From positions 2,688,001 through 2,752,000 of the forward strand of contig OY761611.1 of NCBI GenBank assembly GCA_963664875.1: 64,000 nucleotides of DNA. The letters are read 5' to 3'. Below the pieces are notes generated by a model. The model saw nothing but the letters and a program-made list of their open reading frames with translations, was not told the DNA's origin and did no database searches. The translations under genes were made by a program, and so were the position numbers. Of the stretch, positions 1 to 10,732 are shown piece after piece; the first letter of the stretch is position 1, and each line of letters starts with the position of its first letter. This DNA is from Candidatus Kapaibacterium sp. (GTDB taxonomy: Bacteria > Bacteroidota > Ignavibacteria > Kapaibacteriales > UBA2268).

Positions 1-105
1 GTAAGTGAAATCGTTGATAGAATTAAACTTGCCGGAGACTCTGCCGGTGGTCTGTTCTTCCTTGATAACGAATTGAAGCAACGTCAGCTAACTGCTACTG
101 CATAG
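1..105 (+). CDS. Ferritin, C-terminal fragment (partial at window edge)
   Basis: Frame 1 reads VSEIVDRIKLAGDSAGGLFFLDNELKQRQLTATA*, resembling the C-terminus of non-heme ferritins (G..GL..LD.EL..R); TAG at 103-105. Confidence 0.6.
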   Translation, partial: VSEIVDRIKLAGDSAGGLFFLDNELKQRQLTATA

Positions 106-128
106 AATAGCATTAGATTGAGAAATAA

Positions 129-171
129 AAAAATGGGGAATTATTAGATAATCTATTAATTCCCCATTTTT
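129..171. terminator. Bidirectional intrinsic terminator
   Basis: Inverted repeat AAAAATGGGGAATTA / TAATTCCCCATTTTT between convergent genes. Confidence 0.8.
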
Positions 172-197
172 CTTTCAAACTGTTTATTTATCGGGCT

Positions 198-2294
198 CTA
201 ACCTGCTAAGATTTTGCAGAAAAATTTATCTTCACCTCTTTTCTGCCAATATTGCTTTTTCACTTTGCCTGAACCAAGTATCTGAAAATCAATGCCTTTC
301 TTTCTAAGTACTTTTATTGCATTTCTAATACTTAAGCCTTTTAGATTTGGTTGAGTGCCAGTGGAATCTGCGAATTCCTCATCTCCGGGTATATTCTCAA
401 AAATCTTTATAGATATCTCTGAGTCTTTTTCAACAATTGAGTCTGCTGCAGGCATTTGATATGATATTGTTCCTTTGTCAGGGCTATCCTCGAATTCGAG
501 GTCAATCTCATCAAGCAAGTCTTCGGCGAAATCTAAATCCAGACCAATCAGATTTGGCACTCTCACACTATCAGACTCAATTTCCGGGCTGAGATTGTTG
601 ATGCCTTTTGCAGCAATCCATTTGCTTGCTATGCTCTTAAAAATTGGGGCTGCAGTCGAGCCTCCGTAAAATCCACGCTTTGGCCTGTCAACTATCACAA
701 TCATTGCTATCTCAGGAGACTCTGCCGGGAAAAATCCGGCAAATGAGGCTGTATAGTAGCCACGAGTGTACCTACCGTTTACTAATTGCTGGCTTGTTCC
801 TGTTTTGCCTGCAACTTTAATGTTTTTAATTCTTGCTGCAGTTCCTGTACCGCTATCTACTACTGCACAAAAGAGATTTGCGATGTCTTTAGCTGTCTGA
901 GAAGAAATAACTCCTCGGATTTTTTCGGGTTGATTTTCTGCGATTATGTTGCCATTCCTGTCAAGAATTTTTTTGATTATATATGGCTTCATCAATACAC
1001 CTTCGTTGGCTATGCAGGCATAAGCATTGATTAGTTGTAGTGGAGTAACCCCAAGTCCGTAACCGTGACCCATAAATCTTTTAGTTGCCCCTGTGAACTG
1101 GTCAGGTTTTTTTAATCTACCCTGAACTTCGCCGGGTAAATCTATATCTGTTTTGATTCCAAAGCCGAAGTCTCTCACATATTTATAGAACTTTCCGTCA
1201 CTCATATTATCAGCTATAGTAGAGAAGACTATATTGCTCGAATATCTGACTGCATCTGCAAAAGAGCATGAGTCAAACGGATGTTCGTCTTTAATTTTAT
1301 AATCTTTCATTTGCATAAGCCCATGGTAGCCGTAGAATCGGTCCTCAGGTTTTACCATGTTTTCGTTCATTGCAGCAGCAGCAGTAATCATTTTAAAAGT
1401 AGAGCCGGGTTCGTACATATCAGTTATTGCTCTGATACGCATCGTTTCAGAAGTTTTCCCTGTTTTGGAATTTGGATTGTATCCCGGATATGAAGCCATT
1501 GCAAGCACTTCTGAGGTTTTAACATCAAGAGCTATTACTGTACCTGCAGCAGCATCTGTTCTTAAAATGCCTTGCCTTAGTTCGTATTCTACAAGTTGTT
1601 GCAAATTCATATCCAAGGTCAACTGCACAGAAGCACCGTCAGTAGCCTTTTTCATAGGTTGATCGGCGTAATAAGATAATTTGCCTCCTCTGCCTCTCGT
1701 CATTATTAGGAAACCGTCAATTCCGTTAAGAATTGAATCGTGACTCATCTCCAAACCGGAAACTCCCATATTATCTATGTTAGTGCATCCGATTACCTGA
1801 GCTGCATAGCTGTTATATAGATAGTTGCGTTGCGGTTCCTTTCTTAAAATCAGCCCTCTATCGGAGAATTTTTCAAGATTGCGAACCTGATACCTATCTA
1901 CACCACGCTTAATCCAAATAAATCTGCTTTTAGGATGATATATTTTCTTTTTAAGTTCGGTCGTGTCCATACCGAGAGTGGAAGAAAGTATAGTAATTAG
2001 CGAATCTTTATGTTCCAATAGTGCAGGATCTACTGCTATAGAAACTTCGTGGTCATTTGTAACAAGCAAATTGAAGTTTCTGTCGAAGATAAATCCTCTG
2101 TCAGCCTTCAAATCAATTTTAGATTCGTGCTGCCTTTTTGCTTTACTTTTATAATAATCAGTATTTACTACTTGTATGTAGAACAATCTGATGATGACCA
2201 TAAAGATACATAAAAGCAAAAATGAAGCAGTAAAAAAGTACTTCCACAGCTTTGCGTGCCTTACTTCTTTTGGTGATTTATCGTTATTAGACAT
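198..2294 (-). CDS. ftsI: Class B penicillin-binding protein FtsI/PBP3 with C-terminal PASTA domains
   Basis: N-terminal TM, RG.I.DR, YEPGSTFK (SxxK), YSSN (SxN), GKTGT (KTG); PASTA-like VPNLIG and PNLKG repeats; follows an ftsL-like gene. Confidence 0.9.
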   Translation of the reverse strand: MSNNDKSPKEVRHAKLWKYFFTASFLLLCIFMVIIRLFYIQVVNTDYYKSKAKRQHESKIDLKADRGFIFDRNFNLLVTNDHEVSIAVDPALLEHKDSLITILSSTLGMDTTELKKKIYHPKSRFIWIKRGVDRYQVRNLEKFSDRGLILRKEPQRNYLYNSYAAQVIGCTNIDNMGVSGLEMSHDSILNGIDGFLIMTRGRGGKLSYYADQPMKKATDGASVQLTLDMNLQQLVEYELRQGILRTDAAAGTVIALDVKTSEVLAMASYPGYNPNSKTGKTSETMRIRAITDMYEPGSTFKMITAAAAMNENMVKPEDRFYGYHGLMQMKDYKIKDEHPFDSCSFADAVRYSSNIVFSTIADNMSDGKFYKYVRDFGFGIKTDIDLPGEVQGRLKKPDQFTGATKRFMGHGYGLGVTPLQLINAYACIANEGVLMKPYIIKKILDRNGNIIAENQPEKIRGVISSQTAKDIANLFCAVVDSGTGTAARIKNIKVAGKTGTSQQLVNGRYTRGYYTASFAGFFPAESPEIAMIVIVDRPKRGFYGGSTAAPIFKSIASKWIAAKGINNLSPEIESDSVRVPNLIGLDLDFAEDLLDEIDLEFEDSPDKGTISYQMPAADSIVEKDSEISIKIFENIPGDEEFADSTGTQPNLKGLSIRNAIKVLRKKGIDFQILGSGKVKKQYWQKRGEDKFFCKILAG

Positions 2295-2298
2295 TACA

Positions 2299-2649
2299 TC
2301 AATCCTTTTCTATAATCTCAGGAGCAGATTCAGGTTCGGTCATATTTAGTTTCTGTTTGGCAAGGGGGATGATTCTGTCCGCAGAACGCAATCGAATAAT
2401 TTCTGCACGAGAGCGGTCTCTGTCCATTCGCATAATCTCTTTTTCCTGTGAGAGTTTGCGAATTTCATTGTGGAGCGAATTAATCTGAAATACATTATCA
2501 ACATAGAAAATAGTAAGCAGTGCCGCAAGCAATATTATGCCAAGGCTTTTCCATCTATTATTGACAATATAATTTCTGATCTCGCTAAGTCGTGGGATAT
2601 AATCGAATAGACTTATCTTATCAGCAAATTTTCTCAAAAAATTGAACAT
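2299..2649 (-). CDS. ftsL: Cell division protein FtsL-like
   Basis: 116 aa, single TM then coiled coil, RI..LA.QKL.M..P motif, directly upstream of ftsI. Confidence 0.7.
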   Translation of the reverse strand: MFNFLRKFADKISLFDYIPRLSEIRNYIVNNRWKSLGIILLAALLTIFYVDNVFQINSLHNEIRKLSQEKEIMRMDRDRSRAEIIRLRSADRIIPLAKQKLNMTEPESAPEIIEKD

Positions 2650-2815
2650 TTATATTTTCTCCCCCCATGAGAAAAACTATATGCCAAGTACACAAAATCA
2701 AGAATACAATTTTGCATATAAGACAATATGCAAAATAAAAAAAAAGAAACCAATCGAAAATATATTATGTGTCAATTTGCTTAAGTATGAGCTAAATATC
2801 TAAGCTCAAAGAGGA

Positions 2816-3136
2816 TTATAATATGTGAACAGCTAACCAGATAGTCGCTTCTTCGAGTGAAGTGTAAGTAACTCTATGGCTGCAATTAGCCGGTATATAC
2901 AGGTAATCTCCGGGTTTAAGTCTATGATAAGTCCCTGTCTCACAAAATAAAACTTCTGCTTCACCTTTCAGTACTAATACCCATTCTGCCTGCTCCTGCA
3001 AATATGGAGCATCCGGTGGAGTTATATTTCCATTAGAGATGATTCTTTCAATTTTTACATTCTTTAGAGAAAGAATATCCTGAAAGACTTCTTCTTTTGA
3101 ATCTATAGGTATCTGAGACAAAATATTGTTAATCAT
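2816..3136 (-). CDS. Cupin domain protein
   Basis: IERIIS.G, EWVLVLKGEA, LKPGDYLYIPA..HRV cupin motifs. Confidence 0.85.
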   Translation of the reverse strand: MINNILSQIPIDSKEEVFQDILSLKNVKIERIISNGNITPPDAPYLQEQAEWVLVLKGEAEVLFCETGTYHRLKPGDYLYIPANCSHRVTYTSLEEATIWLAVHIL

Positions 3137-3151
3137 GCAAATTCCAAAATA

Positions 3152-4186
3152 TTAAAACAAGGAATTTTGTTTAGAGTCTTTGTTTCTGTATTCAATCTTA
3201 AAATGCTTATAAGCTTGCTCTGTTGCAACACGTCCACGTTGTGTTCGTTTCAAAAAACCCTGCTGAATCAGAAATGGCTCGTAAACTTCTTCTATTGTGC
3301 CTGCCTCTTCGCCGACTGCCACAGCAATAGTGCCAACACCCACAGGGCCGCCATCGTACTTTTCTATTATCGAAAGAAGTATCCTTTTGTCCATATCATC
3401 TAAGCCGTATTCGTCAACATCTAAAGCAGAGAGAGAAATTTGTGCGATTTCTTTTGTAATCGTTCCATCACCTTTCACTTGTGCAAAATCTCTTGTGCGA
3501 CGGAGAAGTCGATTAGCAATACGAGGTGTGCCACGCGAGCGGGAAGCAATCTCCAAAGCTCCTTCTTCTGTGATAGATGCGCCAAGTAGTTGAGCAGAGC
3601 GAAGCACTACAAGCATCAGCTCTTCTGTCGAATAGTAATCCAATCGGTTGATTATACCAAATCTCGAACGCAAAGGTGCTGTCAGTAAGCCTGCTCTTGT
3701 GGTAGCGCCAATAAGTGTAAAGTTTGGAATAGAAAGCTGAATAGTCCTTGCCGAGGGGCCGGAATCTATCATGATATCCAATCTAAAATCTTCCATAGCC
3801 GAATAGAGGAACTCTTCTACTATAGGTGATAATCGATGTATTTCATCAATAAACAGCACATCGCCCGCTTCGAGGTTTGTCAGCAAACCCGCAAGATCGC
3901 CGGGTTTTTCAAGCACAGGACCTGAAGTAGTTTTGATATTGCTTTTCATCTCTTTGGCTATGATGTGACTCAAAGTAGTTTTACCCAAGCCCGGAGGTCC
4001 TGTCAAAAGTACGTGATCCAGAGATTCGCTTCGTTGTAGAGCTGCTGTAATAAATACAGACAGATTGTCCACAATTTTTTTCTGTCCGGTAAAGTCGGAA
4101 AATGTTTGCGGACGGAGCGATCTGTCCAGTTCCTCATCAGTTAATCTGTAAGGATTAGTCGCCTCAGATCTGTTTATTGATTCCAT
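3152..4186 (-). CDS. ruvB: Holliday junction branch migration helicase RuvB
   Basis: LRPQTF.DF.GQ, Walker [30 protein letters not shown]; ATG at 4186 preferred over ORF-track 4288. Confidence 0.97.
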   Translation of the reverse strand: MESINRSEATNPYRLTDEELDRSLRPQTFSDFTGQKKIVDNLSVFITAALQRSESLDHVLLTGPPGLGKTTLSHIIAKEMKSNIKTTSGPVLEKPGDLAGLLTNLEAGDVLFIDEIHRLSPIVEEFLYSAMEDFRLDIMIDSGPSARTIQLSIPNFTLIGATTRAGLLTAPLRSRFGIINRLDYYSTEELMLVVLRSAQLLGASITEEGALEIASRSRGTPRIANRLLRRTRDFAQVKGDGTITKEIAQISLSALDVDEYGLDDMDKRILLSIIEKYDGGPVGVGTIAVAVGEEAGTIEEVYEPFLIQQGFLKRTQRGRVATEQAYKHFKIEYRNKDSKQNSLF

Positions 4187-4409
4187 AGCTGTTTGCTGTT
4201 TTGCATTATATGTGTAAAGTATAAAAATAGTGATGAAAGCGGAGAATTCAAAGTAAAGAATATCCCTTGTATGTGAAGTAACCTGCAAAGTAATATTTAG
4301 AAAATAAATGACAGTATAAATGCAAATAATATGACAATAAATATTTTATATATGTGAAAATGTAAAATCGAATAATAAAGTAGAAAAATCAAAAAATAAG
4401 CGAATCAAT

Positions 4410-4437
4410 TGAAACATAATTCAATACTATGTGTTAT
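4410..4437 (+). promoter_or_regulatory. Putative ECF-sigma promoter, copy 1 (TGAAAC-N16-TGTTAT)
   Basis: TGAAAC ATAATTCAATACTATG TGTTAT upstream of the 1869-aa gene; same spacing as copies at 10530 and 29092. Confidence 0.6.
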
Positions 4438-4712
4438 TGTGTTATTGAATGTATAGTTCTGTATTGGCGTAAATATTATAAGTATTATATATAAAAGAAG
4501 ATATGTATTGCCAAATGGAAATATATTTACAATAAGTAGAATATATGCAAAGTATATTGTCAAAATAATACTTTAATGAAAAGCATTAAATATGACAAAT
4601 TTAATGCTATAAAAAATAGAATTTTACTATTTTGTATGTGATAAGTTGCGATTTGATACAGATAAAGAGATTGTAATATATATAGTTGTTTAATATTATT
4701 AAATGAGGTTAC

Positions 4713-7700
4713 ATGAAAAAGATCAATGTGTTTAGTGCATTGTTTGTGCTACTCGTTGTACTTTTGAGTTCACCAAAAGCAATGGCGGTGGATTTGAATG
4801 ATTTGCAGCTATCTGACTATCAAGGAGAATATACTCCTATTGCAGGTACAATTCTTGGTGACGGTGATGATTCAGAATTTGATTTTGATTTGCCATTCAC
4901 TGTGTCTCACGACGGTCAAGAATTTACCAAAGCAAGAGTTTCTACAAACGGTTGGATGGTTCTCGGTGTTTCTACATACACAGGTATTACTGCAACTCCC
5001 GGTGGGACAAATGCAAACTTTTTAGTGCCTTGTAATGAAGATTTAAGAGCCGATGCAGGTATTGGAGACATTAGATGGAACGTTGTTGGGACTGCTCCAA
5101 GCAGAACTTTAATAGTTGAGTGGAAAGACCATAAATACTATGGAAAAGATCTTTCTACACTTAATTATCAATGCCAAATTTCCGAAGGTTCTAATATCAT
5201 TAGGTTTGTTTACGGAAATATGACAGCTCTCGATGATGGCGGAACTAATCAATCTTTCAGCTATATTTCTGGTTCTGTAGGAACAAAATATATCAATATT
5301 GAACCACTTGCCACAGGATTTGTTGGACACTATGGCAATTCCACTGAAAAATATCTTACGGAAGATGACAGACCTCTTTTCCCTGCAGGCAAAACTGTTG
5401 AGTTCTCTCTAGTGAACCCTGTGCTTATATCCGAATCAACAGAAAACGATGTGCTTTGGAAAATAGGCGAAACTTATCCTGCTCCTTCAATAGAAGTTCT
5501 GCGTTTAGCAGATATGCCAAGCTTTGTAATCGAATACACTTTGAAAAATACTAAAACTGGCGAAGTGATCTATAAAGCTACTAACGAAGGTGATGCTTCT
5601 ACAAACACTTTCACTCCAAATCCACAACCGGTAGGAATGAAAGAAACTCTTACTATAACTCATGCCATTGGTAAAGCTGCTGCCTACGATAGAGAAAATC
5701 CTAACTCTGACTTAAATGACGGTAGTTTCGATTTGATTACAGATGCAGCTTCAATCGAACCGGGTAGATATGAATTAGTATGTAAATTGATAATTCCTAA
5801 TAGCGAGGTAGCTGTTCAGTCTATTACTAAAAATGTTCAAATCGCTTTGGAAAACGATCTTGCAGTTAGTGATGTAAAATATCCTAAGAAAAACGGAAGA
5901 TACCTTATCAATAATTTTGTTCCTCTTCAAGTTAGAATGAGAAACTTTGGTACTGCTCAGATTTCTAACTTCAGAGTAACTGCTAAAATATATGATGCTG
6001 ATAACAATCAGTTAGTTTACGGTCCTGAGTATTTTAACTGGCAAAACACTGCAAGACCACTAAATACAGGTGATTTTGTATCTGTAGATTTCCCTAACTT
6101 TAGAACCCAAAAACCTTTGGTTCACGTTGGTAGATATTTTGTAGAATATACTTCAGAACTTTTAAGCTCTGATGATGATATGCCTACTAACAATACTGTT
6201 GGCACATCTTCAACTAACAGACATTACTTTGATGTTGTTTATGATGTAGAACCGGGTGCAGTTTCAGTTCAGGCTCCTGCAGCAGATGTTTTTGTTGGCA
6301 GACCGCTTTTCCCAAGAGCGAAATTTATCAACAACGGTATTGTAGATTTGTCAAACGTTCCTGCAATATTTACAATTGTTGGTCCGCTTCCTTCGACAAA
6401 CGTAGTTTATCAAAACGAAATGAATGTTCAGGATTTGCAGGCTGGTAATTACAATGTTACTTCTGTTCCTTTCAATACAGAATTTATTCCTGAATTGCCA
6501 GGTACTTACAAATGTGTTGTGAGCATCAACGATCCTAACGATAAAGATAATACAAATAATACTATCGAATCTACTTTCAATGTAGTATCATTGATGTCCG
6601 GTAATTATACTATCGGCAAAACTGCTACAGGTACAAGAAACTTTACTTCTATTGAAGAAGCTTTAAATATGCTTTATCTTAAAGGTGTAGATGGTCCTGT
6701 AACATTCGAATTATTAGATCCTGAATATACAATTGGTAATGTTAATTCAGATGCTCCGGCATTGGACATGTCTTCTAAAATCATTGGTGTAAGTGAAACA
6801 AATACTATTACTTTCAAACCATCAGATGCATTGGCTACTACAAAAGCAAGTATCCAATTTAATTTAAAATCAGGTAATGGTATTGGTATTTATATCGCAC
6901 AGAACTACACTCCTGCTAATGGCAATGCTGCCGTGCATGTAGTTACAGAAAAAAATAAATACAGATTTGCAAATACAGAAGGTAACTTCATCTTTGATGG
7001 TGGTGCTCAAAAATCTTTCAAATTTAACTTAGAAACGAAAGATAATAGATTTGCAGCAGTATTTTATCTTGGTGCAGGTGCTTCTAATTGCCAAATTAAA
7101 AACTGTATAATCGAAGATGAAACTCCAAACTTCAAATCTTCTCTTCCTTTGACAGTTTATAATGCAGGTGCAGGTGCTTTCACTCAGGAAGCAGATCAAA
7201 GAAGTAATACTGCTTATTACACAGCTGGTGTCGTGCTTAGATCTGTAGCTCCACGTTATGATAAAACAAACTCTAACTACTTCAATCTTGATACGCTTAC
7301 TGCAGACAATAACGTAATTGCTAATAATGAAATCAGCGGTTATGGCTATGGTATAGCTTCTATGGGTACAGGTTTGTTATTCCAAGCAGGTGGTAGCAAC
7401 AAATTTACAAAATACTATAACTCGAATAATATTTTCGAATCTAACAAAATCCATAACGTTGGTCACGCAGGTATTTTTGTTGGTTTCGAAAATGCATCTG
7501 AAATCAGATACAACAGAATTTACGATGTAAAAGGAACTGAAGTTTTTGCTGCTTGCGGTATTGTTGCCGGTGGTGAAGCTGATAGAGATATGTTTGGTTA
7601 CAACACAGTTGATATCAAAATCCTTGGTAATGAAATTAGCCACTTGACTAATGCTAATGAAATCTATGGTATCAAAGTAGATCAGTCACCTTCTATCGTA

Positions 7701-10322
7701 ATCGAAAACAGTAAATATTCTTTATATCCTAAAGCTGATGATAACGTCTTAGTTGCTAATAACATTATCTGGCAATTAGAACCGCAACAGTCTTACACAA
7801 CTCGCGTTGGTGTTGCTGTATTTTCTCAGAGAGCTACAAAAGGTAACTTCCAAACTGCTTCTATCTTACCTTTCCAAAAAGATTATGTGGTAAGAAATAC
7901 TAAAGTAGTAAACAATACTATCTTAGTGAACGGTGACGATGGTGTTGTTAATACTGGTAGTGTTATCGGTTTGGCTTTGCAGGATAACAGAAATGCAGAA
8001 ATCAAAAACAACGCTATTGCAGCTATGGATAACGAATTTGCAGAAACTTGCTTAGCATCTACTGCAATGTTCTTACAAAATGGCGATGTTAAAAATCAGA
8101 ATATAGTTTCTGACAGAAACGTTTTCTGGACAAACAACTCTGCTTCTACTATCGCTAGAATGATCGAAACTAACGACAAAAACGAAGTAATCGAAATGGG
8201 TTACACTACTGAATATAACACTTTGAGCAACTGGATTGTTTGGTCTGCTCAGGATATGAACTCAGTAGAATCTAACTTCATGACTGATTATGAATTTACA
8301 GGAGCTGCTCCTCAGACATTAAGAGTGAAATCTAATCCGCTTCCTCTTAATTCAGTATTGAATAACAGAGGTGACAGAATTGAAAGTAACACTACTGACT
8401 TACTTGGCTACACTCGTGGTGAAGCAGGTCAGAGATACGATATCGGTGCTTTGGAATTTAACGGCAGAACTTATGTGAGCGATGTTGAAAGCACTATAAT
8501 TTTAGAACCGGCTGCTTTCAAAGCTAACGACGGTACAGAATTTGGTGATGCAGAATATATCATGACTTCTTTACCTCTTTCAGTAAAAGTTAGAGTAAGA
8601 AATAATGGTTCTTTGATGCAACAAAATACTAATGCAAAACTTTCAATCTACCGCGAATTGCCTACAGGCGAATTTGCTGCAACTCCTGAGTATATCGAAA
8701 CTGTGAAATTTGACGCAGTTGCTAATGAAAGCTCAGACGTAGTATTTGACTTGGCAGGTAAATTCGAACCAAAAACTTACAGCGATTTGAGACTTAATGC
8801 TGCATACGCTGCTTCAGTTCCGGCAAAATTTGCTCAAATGACAGCTAACGTTACTCCTCGATACAAAATTGAAATTGCAGTTGAAAATGACGAAGATAAC
8901 TACAACAACGTAATTACTAAAAATGTACGTTACTTCATCCGCAAATCTTGGTTGAGATTGCTTGTTACTTCTGAAAATGTAAATGCTGATTTGACTAACA
9001 GCCCATCTCAGGAAGTAATTGCTTCTACATTGAACCACAACAAACTTATTGATGGTCTTAGCCATGTAGGTTGGGTAGTAGAAATGGATCAAAACGCAAC
9101 TTCAATCGAAAACGATAAATTCGACTACGATGTACTTGACAGAAATTGTTGGGAACCAAGAGCAATTGACTATACAAACTACAATACTGTTATCTGGTCA
9201 GATGCTCACGATACTAAAACTGTAGCTGGCGAAGAAGTTGCTAATGCTCTTACAAGATTCCAAGAAATGGACTTGTCTGATTACACTGCTGCCGGTACTA
9301 TTAGCGTTAAGAAAAATCTTATCTTCGCTTCTCAGGAATTATTGAGAAATCAGACAACTGATTTTGCAGCTAAAGTATTTGGTGCATTCAACAGACCTGT
9401 TGCAACTCCTGACGTAATTGATTATACTAACGTAACAGGCATGAATATCGGTCGTAACTTAGTTCACTTTATTAGTGCTACTAATTTCAACGGCGATGCT
9501 GATCCTCAACCTGCGTTGATGAATATGAATCAAAACATCGATGGTATTGCAAAACTTGGATTCTACTATACAAATGTACTTGCAGGAAACCCTGCTGTTA
9601 CTGAAACAGAAAAAATCCATACAATCGGAACAGTTTCTCCGACTGCAAACAGAATACTTTTGGGTAGCGACTGGAGACATTTTGTAGATATCGAAAAAGT
9701 ACTTCGTTCATTGTTCGATTTCGCAGAAGCTAATGGTGGTACAATCATCCCTGTAGAATTGGTTAACTTTGATGCAAAAGTTGTAAATGACAGAGTTGTA
9801 TTGAACTGGGCTACTGCAAGCGAATTGAACAGCGATAGATTTGAAATCGAAAGAACAACTGCTAATAATGGCTTTGATGGCTTGTTCGAAAGAATTGAAT
9901 CAGTTGAAGCTGCAGGCAAATCAGGTAATGTTATCGACTATAATGCAATTGACGAAAATGTAACATTCGGTAATACATACGCATACAGATTGAAAATGGT
10001 TGACCGCGATGGCAAATTTGAATACAGCCAAACAGAATATGTAACTTTGGAAGGTGCAAACTCTCTTGCTATCAAAGAAGTTACTCCAAATCCTGTTGCA
10101 GTTGATGCAAACGTGGAAATCTCATTGTTCGAATCCGCAAATGTAGAAATGTATTTAGTTGATATGAGCGGAAAAGTAGTTACTAATGTATATTCAGGCA
10201 ATTTGAGTGCGGGCACTCACAGCATCAAACTTGATGTAGCAAATATTGCTTCAGGTAACTACACATTAGTGCTAAATTCTAATAGTATTGTCAGAACTAC
10301 AGTAGTAAAAGTAGTAAAATAA
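4713..10322 (+). CDS. Giant T9SS-secreted surface protein A (1869 aa)
   Basis: Signal peptide; NIDO-like N-domain (LPF..DG..F..ARVSTNGW, GTAPSRTLIVEW); CARDB/Ig-like modules ending D..N.NN; parallel beta-helix (I.NN.I repeats); PVEL..F Ig module; T9SS CTD (PNP...DMSGK...SGNYTLVL...KVVK). Confidence 0.88.
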   Translation: MKKINVFSALFVLLVVLLSSPKAMAVDLNDLQLSDYQGEYTPIAGTILGDGDDSEFDFDLPFTVSHDGQEFTKARVSTNGWMVLGVSTYTGITATPGGTNANFLVPCNEDLRADAGIGDIRWNVVGTAPSRTLIVEWKDHKYYGKDLSTLNYQCQISEGSNIIRFVYGNMTALDDGGTNQSFSYISGSVGTKYINIEPLATGFVGHYGNSTEKYLTEDDRPLFPAGKTVEFSLVNPVLISESTENDVLWKIGETYPAPSIEVLRLADMPSFVIEYTLKNTKTGEVIYKATNEGDASTNTFTPNPQPVGMKETLTITHAIGKAAAYDRENPNSDLNDGSFDLITDAASIEPGRYELVCKLIIPNSEVAVQSITKNVQIALENDLAVSDVKYPKKNGRYLINNFVPLQVRMRNFGTAQISNFRVTAKIYDADNNQLVYGPEYFNWQNTARPLNTGDFVSVDFPNFRTQKPLVHVGRYFVEYTSELLSSDDDMPTNNTVGTSSTNRHYFDVVYDVEPGAVSVQAPAADVFVGRPLFPRAKFINNGIVDLSNVPAIFTIVGPLPSTNVVYQNEMNVQDLQAGNYNVTSVPFNTEFIPELPGTYKCVVSINDPNDKDNTNNTIESTFNVVSLMSGNYTIGKTATGTRNFTSIEEALNMLYLKGVDGPVTFELLDPEYTIGNVNSDAPALDMSSKIIGVSETNTITFKPSDALATTKASIQFNLKSGNGIGIYIAQNYTPANGNAAVHVVTEKNKYRFANTEGNFIFDGGAQKSFKFNLETKDNRFAAVFYLGAGASNCQIKNCIIEDETPNFKSSLPLTVYNAGAGAFTQEADQRSNTAYYTAGVVLRSVAPRYDKTNSNYFNLDTLTADNNVIANNEISGYGYGIASMGTGLLFQAGGSNKFTKYYNSNNIFESNKIHNVGHAGIFVGFENASEIRYNRIYDVKGTEVFAACGIVAGGEADRDMFGYNTVDIKILGNEISHLTNANEIYGIKVDQSPSIVIENSKYSLYPKADDNVLVANNIIWQLEPQQSYTTRVGVAVFSQRATKGNFQTASILPFQKDYVVRNTKVVNNTILVNGDDGVVNTGSVIGLALQDNRNAEIKNNAIAAMDNEFAETCLASTAMFLQNGDVKNQNIVSDRNVFWTNNSASTIARMIETNDKNEVIEMGYTTEYNTLSNWIVWSAQDMNSVESNFMTDYEFTGAAPQTLRVKSNPLPLNSVLNNRGDRIESNTTDLLGYTRGEAGQRYDIGALEFNGRTYVSDVESTIILEPAAFKANDGTEFGDAEYIMTSLPLSVKVRVRNNGSLMQQNTNAKLSIYRELPTGEFAATPEYIETVKFDAVANESSDVVFDLAGKFEPKTYSDLRLNAAYAASVPAKFAQMTANVTPRYKIEIAVENDEDNYNNVITKNVRYFIRKSWLRLLVTSENVNADLTNSPSQEVIASTLNHNKLIDGLSHVGWVVEMDQNATSIENDKFDYDVLDRNCWEPRAIDYTNYNTVIWSDAHDTKTVAGEEVANALTRFQEMDLSDYTAAGTISVKKNLIFASQELLRNQTTDFAAKVFGAFNRPVATPDVIDYTNVTGMNIGRNLVHFISATNFNGDADPQPALMNMNQNIDGIAKLGFYYTNVLAGNPAVTETEKIHTIGTVSPTANRILLGSDWRHFVDIEKVLRSLFDFAEANGGTIIPVELVNFDAKVVNDRVVLNWATASELNSDRFEIERTTANNGFDGLFERIESVEAAGKSGNVIDYNAIDENVTFGNTYAYRLKMVDRDGKFEYSQTEYVTLEGANSLAIKEVTPNPVAVDANVEISLFESANVEMYLVDMSGKVVTNVYSGNLSAGTHSIKLDVANIASGNYTLVLNSNSIVRTTVVKVVK

Positions 10323-10341
10323 TATTACTCCATAGCAACAT

Positions 10342-10385
10342 TAAGCCCTTTTGCTTATTCATAAAGCAAAAGGGCTTATTTTTTT
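10342..10385 (+). terminator. Intrinsic terminator
   Basis: TAAGCCCTTTTGCTT / AAGCAAAAGGGCTTA followed by T-tract. Confidence 0.85.
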
Positions 10386-10529
10386 CATCGAATTCATTCG
10401 ATATAATTCTTGCCTACCTTGCATTCGGAAAGAAAAAAAATAAAGTTTTCTGCATTTCTCTAAACTACTGTTAATACAGGAAGATAACAATATTATCTCG
10501 AAACATTAATAAAATATTTTATCATTAGC

Positions 10530-10557
10530 TGTAACATTGATAGAAAACATTTGTTAT
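10530..10557 (+). promoter_or_regulatory. Putative ECF-sigma promoter, copy 2 (TGTAAC-N16-TGTTAT)
   Basis: TGTAAC ATTGATAGAAAACATT TGTTAT upstream of the 1818-aa gene; both hexamers identical to the copy at 29092. Confidence 0.65.
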
Positions 10558-10732
10558 CATTTTAGTAGATTGTATGAAGTAAATTATACTCCTTTTATAG
10601 TCATCAAAAACGCAACAAACTATCCCAGATAAAAGGAATATAATTATACGTATTAAAACAAATAAAATACTTCAATAAATAACATAGAATTTCAGATAAA
10701 ATACAATTTGTTTTACTAAATAAGGTGATACA

